From: Myxococcota bacterium
GTDB lineage: Bacteria; Myxococcota_A; UBA9160; UBA6930
DNA: 64,000 nt
Reading direction: 5' to 3'
NCBI GenBank assembly: GCA_965223415.1
Contig: OZ245002.1
Coordinates: 2,144,001 to 2,208,000 of the forward strand
In this document: piece by piece, positions 7,994 to 16,429 of the stretch
Layout: every line of letters starts with the position of its first letter
Position numbering within the stretch: position 1 is the first letter of the stretch
The notes under the pieces: model-generated
Databases searched by the model: none
The model's input: only the letters and a program-made list of their open reading frames with translations
What the model was told of the DNA's origin: nothing
Made by a program: the position numbers and the translations under genes

Positions 7994-9282
7994 GGGTGCT
8001 GGCGCGCCTCCGGGACGCCGGCCTGCGCCGGGACGTCCTCGCCATCGCCCGCGCCGCCGGCTACGCGGCCGAAGAGGGCGCGAGCGATGCGGCGATGCTC
8101 GCCAGGGTGGAGCGGGGCGGCGTCGACGCCTCCCTGGTCGAGGTGAGCCGGCACGCCGACCTGCACCTGATCGAGGAGCTGCGCCGCCTCGCGCCGGACG
8201 TCGGCGTCGTCGCCGTGGGCGGACGGCCCGGCGTGGACCTGGTGGTCGACGCGTTTCGGGTCGGTGCCTCCGACTTCCTGCGCATGCCCTTCGACGTCTC
8301 TTCCCTGGAGCGGGCGCTGGCCCAGGTGCTGCGGCGGGAAGGCGCCGGGCCACGGGAGAGCGCCTTCCTCACCGAGGACGCGACCACCCGGGGCCTGCTC
8401 GACCAGCTGCGAAGGGTGGCGGCCAGCGAGGCGACGGTTCGTCTGGTCGGCGAGTCCGGCACCGGCAAGGACCTGCTGGCCCGCTGGCTCCACGAAACGA
8501 GCTCGCGTCGTCACGGGCCCTTCGTGGTGGTGAGCTGCGCAGGGCTCGCGCCGAGCCTCGCCGAGAGCGAGCTTTTCGGTCACGTTCGCGGCGCCTTCTC
8601 CGGCGCGGTGGAAGCGCACCCCGGGCAGCTCGCCACCGCCGACGGCGGAACGCTGGTGCTCGACGAGATTGCCGACCTCCGCCTGGAGCTCCAGCCGAAG
8701 CTCCTGCGCGCGCTCCAGGAGCGCGAGGTGATTCCTCTCGGCGGGCGGACGCCCCGGCCCCTCGACATCCGCGTCGTGGTCACCACCCAGCGGGACCTGG
8801 GGCAGGAGGTCGCCGCCGGTCGCTTCCGGGCCGATCTCTACTACCGGCTCGACGTCGTCACCCTGCGCATTCCGCCCCTGCGCGAGCGGCCCTCGGACGT
8901 TCCCCTGCTGGCGCGCGCGTTCCTCGACCGCTTCGCCGCCGCCTCGGGCAGCGAGCCGGCGCGTCTGGACGACGAGGTCATCGCGGCGCTCGCGTCCCGC
9001 CCGTTCCGGGGCAACGTGCGCGAGCTGGAGAACCTGATGCGGCGCGCGGCACTCCTCTTTCCGGGGCGTTCCATCGACCCGGCCCGGCTGTTCACCCCGA
9101 GCGCGAGGTCCGGGGGAGGGATGACGCCGGGTCTGCGCTCGCTGAACCTCCGCGAGCTGGAGCGCGCCGCCGTGATCCGCTCCCTCGAGATGACAGGCGG
9201 CAACCGCACCCTCGCCTCGCGCGCCCTGGGCATCAGCGTGCGCACCCTGCGCAACAAGATCCGGCAATACGAGCTAGCCTGA
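7990..9282 (+). CDS. sigma54-dependent Fis-family activator (FleR/FlrC-like) with atypical receiver
   Basis: GESGTGKD, ESELFGHVRGAFSGA, LVLDEI, FRADLYYRL, FRGNVRELEN, GNRTLASRALGISVRTLRNKI. Confidence 0.93.
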   Translation: MRVLARLRDAGLRRDVLAIARAAGYAAEEGASDAAMLARVERGGVDASLVEVSRHADLHLIEELRRLAPDVGVVAVGGRPGVDLVVDAFRVGASDFLRMPFDVSSLERALAQVLRREGAGPRESAFLTEDATTRGLLDQLRRVAASEATVRLVGESGTGKDLLARWLHETSSRRHGPFVVVSCAGLAPSLAESELFGHVRGAFSGAVEAHPGQLATADGGTLVLDEIADLRLELQPKLLRALQEREVIPLGGRTPRPLDIRVVVTTQRDLGQEVAAGRFRADLYYRLDVVTLRIPPLRERPSDVPLLARAFLDRFAAASGSEPARLDDEVIAALASRPFRGNVRELENLMRRAALLFPGRSIDPARLFTPSARSGGGMTPGLRSLNLRELERAAVIRSLEMTGGNRTLASRALGISVRTLRNKIRQYELA

Positions 9283-9287
9283 GCCGC

Positions 9288-9629
9288 GTGATCAGCGCGT
9301 CCCAGCTGCGCAAGCTCGCCCTTGCCCTGCCGGGCGTCGAAGAAGGCACCTCCTACGGCACCCCCGCCTTCCGCGTGCGGAAGAAGCTGCTGGCGCGCGT
9401 GTCCGATGACGGCGAGTCCCTGGTCCTGCGCATCGACATGACGGATCGGGAAGCCCTGATGCGGAGCGATCCCAAGACCTTCTTCGTGACCGACCACTAC
9501 CGCGACCACTCCTGGGTGCTGGTCCGGCTGGCGACGGTGAAGAAGGGCGAGCTGGCCGCGCTCTTCGAGCGGGCCTGGCGGGACGCGGCGCCGGCGAAGC
9601 TGATCGCGGAGCACGGCGCGCGGCGCTGA
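9288..9629 (+). CDS. MmcQ/YjbR family protein
   Basis: ALALPGVEEGTSYGTPAFRVRKK..FFVTDHY..WVLVRL..AW. Confidence 0.85.
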   Translation: MISASQLRKLALALPGVEEGTSYGTPAFRVRKKLLARVSDDGESLVLRIDMTDREALMRSDPKTFFVTDHYRDHSWVLVRLATVKKGELAALFERAWRDAAPAKLIAEHGARR

Positions 9630-9738
9630 CCCGGCACGAACGTCCCACCCGTCGTTCAAGCTGAAACGCGGTGCTGCAAGGCGGGAGGCTCGCGGCGTCC
9701 CTGGCGGGCCGAGAGCGCGCGAGACCGCCAGCCGGCGG

Positions 9739-9754
9739 TGGCACTCGCCTTGCA
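9739..9754 (+). promoter_or_regulatory. sigma54 -24/-12 promoter of flagellar operon
   Basis: TGGCACTCGCCTTGCA upstream of flgB. Confidence 0.88.
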
Positions 9755-9797
9755 CTGGTTCCTGCCGACGCTCCCCGTGCGGGGATGGGAGGAGACG

Positions 9798-10190
9798 ATG
9801 CCCGGGCCGATGAACGGAGCCATGCCGCTGCTGGAGGACGCGATGCGCTTCCGGCTGGCGCGCCAGGCCGCGCTCGCGGGCAACGTCGCGAACGCGGACA
9901 CGCCCGGCTATCGCCGCGTCGATCTCGAGTTCCAGCACGCGCTGGCGCACGCTGCGGCCCGGCTCGACCGGACGCACCCCGACCATCTCGGAACCGGAGG
10001 AGAAGGGGCGAGCGCGGACTACCGCGTCGTGCGCGGGCCCCGCGGCACGCGGCCCGACGGCAACGGCGTCGAGCTCGACAGCGAGCTGATCGCCCTCAAC
10101 CGCAACGCGGGGGCGTTCCAGGACCAGGCCGCGGTGCTCTCGCGCCTCCACGTGCTTCGCCGGATCGCCGTCACAGGGGAGGGCCGCTGA
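9798..10190 (+). CDS. flgB: Flagellar basal-body rod protein FlgB
   Basis: RQAALAGNVANADTPGYRRVDLEF, RPDGNGVELDSE; GGAGGAG RBS. Confidence 0.93.
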   Translation: MPGPMNGAMPLLEDAMRFRLARQAALAGNVANADTPGYRRVDLEFQHALAHAAARLDRTHPDHLGTGGEGASADYRVVRGPRGTRPDGNGVELDSELIALNRNAGAFQDQAAVLSRLHVLRRIAVTGEGR

Positions 10191-10615
10191 TGAAGATCAG
10201 TGAGATCGTGGACATCGGCGTCTCCGGCGTGCTGGCCCAGCGCGCGCGCATGGCCGCCACCGCGTCGAACCTCGCCAACGCCGAGACCACCCGCACACCC
10301 GAAGGCGGGCCCTACCGCCGCCGGGATCCGGTCTTCCGCACGAGCGGAGTCGGCGGTCCCTTCGCGGACCGGCTGGCCCGGGCGGTGCGCAAGGTCGAGG
10401 TCGCGCGGGTCGCCCTCGATCCGCGTCCGCCCACCACCCGATTCGATCCCGGGCATCCGGACGCGGACCCCCAGGGCTACGTAGCGATTCCCCGGGTGAA
10501 CGTCGTGGAGGAGCTCTCCAACATGATGTCGGCGAGCCGCTCCTACCAGGCCAACCTGCTGATCCTGCGAAAGGCCCGCGAAATGGCTCGCGCGGCGCTG
10601 CAGATCGGCGGCTAG
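10190..10615 (+). CDS. flgC: Flagellar basal-body rod protein FlgC
   Basis: SNLANAETTRTPEGGPYRRR, DPGHPDAD..GYV, ASRSYQAN. Confidence 0.95.
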   Translation: MKISEIVDIGVSGVLAQRARMAATASNLANAETTRTPEGGPYRRRDPVFRTSGVGGPFADRLARAVRKVEVARVALDPRPPTTRFDPGHPDADPQGYVAIPRVNVVEELSNMMSASRSYQANLLILRKAREMARAALQIGG

Positions 10616-10625
10616 GAGACGGTCC

Positions 10626-10922
10626 ATGGACTCCAGTCGCATCGCCGCCGCCCGGCTCTCCGCGCCGCCCCTCGCGGCCGACGCGACGCCCGGCCCCTCC
10701 TCCGGCGCTTCGTTCTCCGAGCACGTGAAGGCGGCGATCCAGAACGCGAACCGCGAGCTCACCCAGGCGGAGACGGAGGCGACCCGGATCGCCAAGGGAG
10801 AAGGGGACATCGTCGAAGCGATGATGGCGCTCTCGAAGGCCGAGCTGTCCCTGCGTCACGTCGTGACGCTGCGCAACCGCGTGCTCGAATCCTACCAGCA
10901 GATCATGAGGCTCCAGCTCTAG
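10626..10922 (+). CDS. fliE: Flagellar hook-basal body protein FliE
   Basis: SFSEHVK..AMMALSKAELSL..RNRVLESYQQIMRLQL. Confidence 0.93.
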   Translation: MDSSRIAAARLSAPPLAADATPGPSSGASFSEHVKAAIQNANRELTQAETEATRIAKGEGDIVEAMMALSKAELSLRHVVTLRNRVLESYQQIMRLQL

Positions 10923-10925
10923 GCC

Positions 10926-12488
10926 ATGGAATGGCTCACCCGACTCCTCCAGCAGATCGGCTCGCTTCCGGCCGGCCGTCAGGCCGTGCTGGGCGCGACC
11001 GCCTTCGGCTCTCTCGCCTTCCTGCTCTGGATCGCCTACGGCGCCGCCACGCCGGACTACCGGGCGGCTTACCGCGGCCTTCCCGAGGACGAGATCGCCC
11101 GGGTGGCGGAGATGCTCCGGGAGGAGCGAATCGAGTACAAGGTGAGCGAGGGCGGCACCGCCATCCTCGTTCCGGCGCCGATGGTCTACGAGGCGCGGAT
11201 CCGCGCGGCCGGCCGGGGCCTGCCTTCCGGTGGCGCCACGGGCTTCGAGCTCTTCGACCAGCCGGCCTTCGGCGTGACGGACTTCGTGCACCGGGTGAAC
11301 TACTCGCGCGCCATGCAGGGTGAGCTGGCCCGCAGCATCGAGCAGCTCGAACCGGTGGCGCGCGCGCGGGTGCAGGTGGTGATCCCCGAGCGCAAGAGCG
11401 TCCTGGCGGCGGCCAACCGCAAGCCCAGCGCCGCCGTCGTGGCCCGGCTCCAGCCCGGCCGCGAGCTGCAGCAGGAGCAGGTGCGGGCGATCGTCCACCT
11501 GGTGGCGTCGAGCATCGAATCCCTCGACCCGAGCGACGTCACGGTCGTCGACGGCAGCGGCCGGCTGCTCACCGCCCAGGGCGAGGACGTGGCCGGCGGG
11601 GCGCTGCCGGCGGGCGGCGCGCCTTCCTACCAGCAGCGGGTGGAGAAGGATCTCGGCCGGCGCATCGAGGCCATCCTGGAGAAGACGGTCGGACCCGGCG
11701 GCGTGATCGCCCGGGTGCGCGCCGACATGGATTTCACGGAGCGCGAGACCACCGAGGAGGTCTTCGATCCGGATTCGCAGATCGCCCGCAGCGAGCAGCG
11801 CACCACCGAGACGGCCAGCGAAGGCGGCGGCGAGGGCGGCGTACCGGGCGTCGCCTCGAACACGCCGGACCTGGCCGCGGCGACCGGCTCGGGCGGCGGC
11901 AACGCCTCCAGCTCGAACCGCACCGCCGAGACCTTCAACTACGAGATCAGCAAGACCGTGAGCCGCCAGATCAAGCCCATGGGCGAGACCCAGCGCCTCT
12001 CCATCGCGGTGCTGGTGGCGGACCGGCTGCCCGCCGAGGAAGGCGGCGAGCCGGTGCCGTGGGACGAGGATTCCCTCGCCCAGTTCACGACCCTTGCCAA
12101 GCAGGCGGTGGGCTTCGACGAGAAGCGCGGCGACCAGATCACCGTCAGCAGCGCCCCCTTCCGCACACCGGACGCGGAGATTCCCGAGGAAGGCCTGCTC
12201 ACCCCGGAGATCCTGTTCCTGATCGGCACCGTGGTACGGGTCGTCGCGGTGGTGCTGGCGCTCTTCCTCTTCGCGCGTCTCGTGGTGCGGCCCGTCCTCG
12301 ACACCCTCGAGAGCGCGGCGCCGATCCCGCTCCCGGCAACGGTGGCGGATCTGGAGGCGCAAGCGGCGCTGCCGGAGAGCGAGGCCGCCGCGGCCCTGCC
12401 CGAGGGCGAGGTCGATCAGAGTCCGATCGCGGCGGTCCGCACCGACGAAGGCGTGCAGACCCTGCGCAACTGGCTGAACCAGGGATAG
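10926..12488 (+). CDS. fliF: Flagellar M-ring protein FliF
   Basis: GFELFD, RAMQGELARSI, LVASSIESL, GGVPGVASN, NYEISK, two TM segments. Confidence 0.95.
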   Translation: MEWLTRLLQQIGSLPAGRQAVLGATAFGSLAFLLWIAYGAATPDYRAAYRGLPEDEIARVAEMLREERIEYKVSEGGTAILVPAPMVYEARIRAAGRGLPSGGATGFELFDQPAFGVTDFVHRVNYSRAMQGELARSIEQLEPVARARVQVVIPERKSVLAAANRKPSAAVVARLQPGRELQQEQVRAIVHLVASSIESLDPSDVTVVDGSGRLLTAQGEDVAGGALPAGGAPSYQQRVEKDLGRRIEAILEKTVGPGGVIARVRADMDFTERETTEEVFDPDSQIARSEQRTTETASEGGGEGGVPGVASNTPDLAAATGSGGGNASSSNRTAETFNYEISKTVSRQIKPMGETQRLSIAVLVADRLPAEEGGEPVPWDEDSLAQFTTLAKQAVGFDEKRGDQITVSSAPFRTPDAEIPEEGLLTPEILFLIGTVVRVVAVVLALFLFARLVVRPVLDTLESAAPIPLPATVADLEAQAALPESEAAAALPEGEVDQSPIAAVRTDEGVQTLRNWLNQG

Positions 12489-12491
12489 CGG

Positions 12492-13493
12492 TTGGAGTTC
12501 GAGACCCTCACAGGCGCCGAGAAGGTCGGCATCGTGATCCTCTCCCTCCCGAAGGATCGGGTGACGGAGTACCTCGCCCAGCTCTCGGACGAAGAGGTGG
12601 AGAAAGCGCTCTCCGCCGTCTCGCGGATGGAGAAGATCGAGCCCCGCATCCAGAGGCTGGTGATGAGCGAGTTCCAGGAGTCGATCGGTCAGCAGGACAC
12701 CGCGATCGCCGGCGGCCGGGAGACGGCGCTCGCGATCGTGGAGAACGGCCTCGACGACGAGCGGGCCGCCGGCATCCTCGAGAAGCTCGGGCGCGACGAG
12801 CAGCGCATCGATTGGACGCTGCGCTCCTACCACCCGAAGTTCATCTGCGATCGCATCGAGGACGAGCACCCGCAGACGATCGCGCTCATCCTCTCGCAGA
12901 TCCCCGCGGATCGGGGAGCGGTAGTGATCAACACGCTGCCCGAGGCGATGCAGCCGGAGGTGGTGCTGCGGCTGGCCAGCATGCAGCCCGTGGCCACCGA
13001 CGTGATGACGGATCTCGAGATCGGCGTGGCGGAGCTCTTCCGCCGGCAGAAGGTCTCGACCACACGCGCCGGCGGAACCAAGGCCGCGGCGAACATGCTG
13101 AACCGCGTCCCGAAGGAGGAGGGCTCGACCATCCTCGACGGTGTGGACGTGCGCGACGCCGCGGTGGCCGTCGACATCCGCAAGCGGATGCTCACCTTCG
13201 AGGACCTGCAGAACATCGACAAGCGTGGCTTCCAGACTTTCCTGCGCGAGGTGTCGACCGAGGACCTGGCGGTGGCGATGAAGACCGCCTCCGAGGAGAT
13301 GCAGGAGAAGATCTTCTCGAACCTCTCCTCCCGCGCGGTGGACCAGATCAAGGAGGAGGTGGATCTCCTCGGGCCCATGAAGCTCGCCGACGTGGAGGCG
13401 GTGCAGGAGCAGATCGTCGAGGTGGCGCGGCGGCTCGAGGCCGAGGGACGGCTCTCGATCGAGCTGGGAGGCGGCGATGACGTCCTCGTTTAG
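12492..13493 (+). CDS. fliG: Flagellar motor switch protein FliG
   Basis: EHPQTIALIL, GGTKAAANMLN, MLTFEDL, GPMKLADVEAVQ; TTG start. Confidence 0.95.
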   Translation: MEFETLTGAEKVGIVILSLPKDRVTEYLAQLSDEEVEKALSAVSRMEKIEPRIQRLVMSEFQESIGQQDTAIAGGRETALAIVENGLDDERAAGILEKLGRDEQRIDWTLRSYHPKFICDRIEDEHPQTIALILSQIPADRGAVVINTLPEAMQPEVVLRLASMQPVATDVMTDLEIGVAELFRRQKVSTTRAGGTKAAANMLNRVPKEEGSTILDGVDVRDAAVAVDIRKRMLTFEDLQNIDKRGFQTFLREVSTEDLAVAMKTASEEMQEKIFSNLSSRAVDQIKEEVDLLGPMKLADVEAVQEQIVEVARRLEAEGRLSIELGGGDDVLV

Positions 13494-14103
13494 GACCGAG
13501 ACGCCGGAGGAGGCGGCGGCGTTCGTGGTGGATCCGCTCTTCGGAGAGGACGGCTTCACCACCGAGCTCGCCGCACCCGATCCCACGCCGGAGGAGCAGC
13601 AGGCGGCTGCCTACGAAGAGGGTCGTCGGGCCGGACGGGCTGAGCTGCCGTGGGAGGACGCGGAGCGCCTGCGCACGGCGGCGGATGCCCTCGCCGGTGC
13701 GGCGGACGCCCTGGCCCTCGTGCAGCGCGACGGCCTGCGCAGTCAGCGCACGGCGATCGTCGACCTGGCGCTGGTCGTCGCCGGACACCTCCTCGGCCGC
13801 GAAATCGAAGCCGATACCGACGCCCTGGCGGCCCAGGTGGCCGACGCCCTCGAGCTGCTCCAGGGCCACGCGCCGCCGGCGGTGCACCTCTCGCCCCCCG
13901 ACCACGAGACGCTGCGGGGCGGCGGCGCGCCGGGCCTCGAGCGCCTGGCCGGCGAGTGGGGCGCGACGCTCGTGGCCGACGAGGAGCTCGCCCCGGGCCA
14001 GGTTCGCGTGCTCGGCGGTGAGAGTCTGGTGGAGATCGAGCTGGACCGGGCGCTCGCGCGCCTTCGCGAAGAGCTGCTCGCCGCGAACGGGGGAGGCTCG
14101 TGA
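13477..14103 (+). CDS. fliH: Flagellar assembly protein FliH
   Basis: AYEEGRRAG repeat, VHLSPPD, LVADEELAPG; position between fliG and fliI. Confidence 0.85.
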   Translation: MTSSFRTETPEEAAAFVVDPLFGEDGFTTELAAPDPTPEEQQAAAYEEGRRAGRAELPWEDAERLRTAADALAGAADALALVQRDGLRSQRTAIVDLALVVAGHLLGREIEADTDALAAQVADALELLQGHAPPAVHLSPPDHETLRGGGAPGLERLAGEWGATLVADEELAPGQVRVLGGESLVEIELDRALARLREELLAANGGGS

Positions 14104-15464
14104 GCGCGCCCGCGCCCGACGTCCACGAGGGATTCCTCCGCGGTTGCGAGGAGCGGCTCGCCGCGCTGCCCCGCGCGGAGCTCCAGGGCCGGGTGACCAG
14201 CGTGGTCGGTCCGTCCATCGAGGCCGTGGGTCTGCCCGCGCGGATCGGCTCGCTCTGCGAGCTCGAGCCCCGCGACGGACGCAAGCTCGACGCGGAGGTC
14301 GTGGGCTTCCGCGAAGGCCGCACCGTGCTGATGGCGCTCTCCGAGGCCGGCGGCGTCGGCCCGGGCACGCCGCTGCGCCTCCGCGGGAACCAGGTGAGCG
14401 CGCCCCCGGCGGCGCGCTGTCTCGGTCGTGTGATCGACGGGCTCGCGCGTCCCCTCGACGACGGCCCGCCGCTACCGCCCGGTGGCGGTGCGCGGCTGCA
14501 CCGCAAGCCCGAGCGGGTGCTCGAGCGCGATCGCATCGACACGCCCCTGGACCTCGGCGTGCGCACCCTGAACGCGCTCCTCACCGTGGGTCGCGGCGCG
14601 CGCATCGGGCTCTTCGCGGGCTCCGGTGTCGGCAAGTCGACCCTCCTCGGACAGATCGCCCGCTCCACCGGCGCCGACGCGATCGTGGTCGGGCTCGTCG
14701 GCGAACGCGGTCGCGAGGTGCGCGAGTTCGTCGAGCGGGATCTCGGCCCGGCCCTCGAGCGCTCCACCGTCGTCGTGGCGACCAGTGACGAGCCTCCGCT
14801 GCTGCGCAAGCGCGCGGCGCTCCTGGCCACCGCCCTGGCGGAAGAGCTGCGCGATCAGGGGCGCCACGTGCTCCTGCTCTTCGATTCCCTGACCCGCTTC
14901 TGCACGGCACTCAGGGAGATCGGTCTCGGTGCGGGCGAGCCGCCGGCGACCCGCGGCTATCCGCCCTCGGTCTGGGCCGAGCTCCCGAAGCTGGTCGAGC
15001 GCGCGGGGACCGGCGCCGGAGGCGGCTCGATCACCGCGATCTACACCGTGCTGGTGGAGGGCGACGACCTGATGGAGCCGGTGGCGGATTCCGCCCGTGC
15101 GCTGCTCGACGGCCACGTCGTGCTGTCCCGTGACCTCGCCGAACGCGGCCATCACCCCGCGATCGACCTGCTGGCCAGCGTGTCGCGGGTGATGCCCGAC
15201 GTCGTCGCACCGCAGGTGATGGCCCGGGCCGAGCGAGCCCGTGCGCTCCTCGCCACCTATCGGGACGCGGAGGACCTGATCTCGATCGGCGCCTACGCCG
15301 AGGGCAGCAACCCCGCCGTCGATGAGGCGCGCCGGCTGCGGGAGCCGCTGCTGCGCTTCCTTTGCCAGGCTCGGGACGAGGCGTCGGACCTGGATACCAG
15401 CTTCCGCGCGCTGGCGGAGGCCATGGGGTCGTCCGACGCGGCGGCGGAAAGAGGTGACGCGTGA
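14100..15464 (+). CDS. fliI: Flagellar export ATPase FliI
   Basis: FAGSGVGKSTLL, GERGREVREF, DSLTRF, GEPPATRGYPPS, LDGHVVLSR. Confidence 0.96.
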   Translation: MSAPAPDVHEGFLRGCEERLAALPRAELQGRVTSVVGPSIEAVGLPARIGSLCELEPRDGRKLDAEVVGFREGRTVLMALSEAGGVGPGTPLRLRGNQVSAPPAARCLGRVIDGLARPLDDGPPLPPGGGARLHRKPERVLERDRIDTPLDLGVRTLNALLTVGRGARIGLFAGSGVGKSTLLGQIARSTGADAIVVGLVGERGREVREFVERDLGPALERSTVVVATSDEPPLLRKRAALLATALAEELRDQGRHVLLLFDSLTRFCTALREIGLGAGEPPATRGYPPSVWAELPKLVERAGTGAGGGSITAIYTVLVEGDDLMEPVADSARALLDGHVVLSRDLAERGHHPAIDLLASVSRVMPDVVAPQVMARAERARALLATYRDAEDLISIGAYAEGSNPAVDEARRLREPLLRFLCQARDEASDLDTSFRALAEAMGSSDAAAERGDA

Positions 15465-16429
15465 AGCGCGGCTTCCGACTCGGCACCGTCCTGCGCGTGC
15501 GCAGGCACGAGCTCGACCAGGCCGCGTTCCAGCTGGCCCACGCGGAGCGCGCCCTGTCGCGCGCCGAGCGCGCGGCGACGGAGGCCGAACGCCGGGCCCG
15601 GGATGCGCGCAGCCTGCTGCGGGACCGGCTCCAGCTCGGTCTCGAGGGTGGTGAGCTGCGCGTCGCGGCCGACGGTGTGGCGCGCCTGGGCGAGGAGGCC
15701 CTCCACGCGGCAGCCGAGACCGCCGCCGCCCGCGAGCACCGGGCCGCCCGCCGCGAGGCGGTGATGGCGGCTCGCAAGCGCGTGAAGGCATTGGAGCAGC
15801 TCGAAGCACTCCACCGCGAGCGGGAGGCCCGGGAGCGCGCCCGCCGCGAGACCCGAACCCTCGACGAGGCCGGCCTGCGGCGCTTCCACGGGCGGCCCCT
15901 CGTGGGCTGGCTGCTCTGGCTGAGCCTGCTCGCGGCCCTCCCGGCGCCGGCGCCGGTGTTCGCCGAGGACGCGCCGGCCGCCGCGGCCGAATCCGACTAC
16001 GGCGTGACCACCCTGCTCACCGAGATCCGCACCCGCCAGGCCGAGCTCGACCGTCGGGAGCGCGCCCTGGACGAGCGAGAGAAGGCCATCGCGCGTCTCG
16101 AGGAGCAGATCGCCGTGGAGCTGGCCGAGCTCGAGGCGATCGCTTCCACCGTCGAAGAGCGCATCGCCGCCTGGGAGGCGGATAACGGGGACGCCGTGCG
16201 CAAGCTCGCGAAGATCTACGCCGCCCTGGCGCCCGCCCGCGCGGCGGAGCTGTTGGAAGAGCTCGAGGTCGGCCTTGCCACCCAGATCGTGGCGAAGATG
16301 AAGGACAAGCAATCGGCCGCCGTGCTGGCGCGCATCTCCGAGAGGCGCGCCCTCGACATGAGCCGCCGGGTCGCGCACCCCCTGGCGATGGAGCCCGCCC
16401 AACCTTCCCGGAAGGGAGAGAAGCGATGA
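15461..16429 (+). CDS. fliJ: FliJ N-terminal half fused in frame to a MotE/FlbB (MgtE-N-like) domain
   Basis: FRLGTVLRVR..VKALEQL..LDE (FliJ), hydrophobic LVGWLLWLSLLAAL, then coiled coil and KLAKIYAALAPARAAELLE..MKDKQSAAVLARI. Confidence 0.75.
   Translation: MKRGFRLGTVLRVRRHELDQAAFQLAHAERALSRAERAATEAERRARDARSLLRDRLQLGLEGGELRVAADGVARLGEEALHAAAETAAAREHRAARREAVMAARKRVKALEQLEALHREREARERARRETRTLDEAGLRRFHGRPLVGWLLWLSLLAALPAPAPVFAEDAPAAAAESDYGVTTLLTEIRTRQAELDRRERALDEREKAIARLEEQIAVELAELEAIASTVEERIAAWEADNGDAVRKLAKIYAALAPARAAELLEELEVGLATQIVAKMKDKQSAAVLARISERRALDMSRRVAHPLAMEPAQPSRKGEKR

Noticed and set aside
10197..13586. 1129-aa minus-strand ORF
   Set aside because: Antisense shadow of flgC-fliG caused by high-GC codon bias; no motifs
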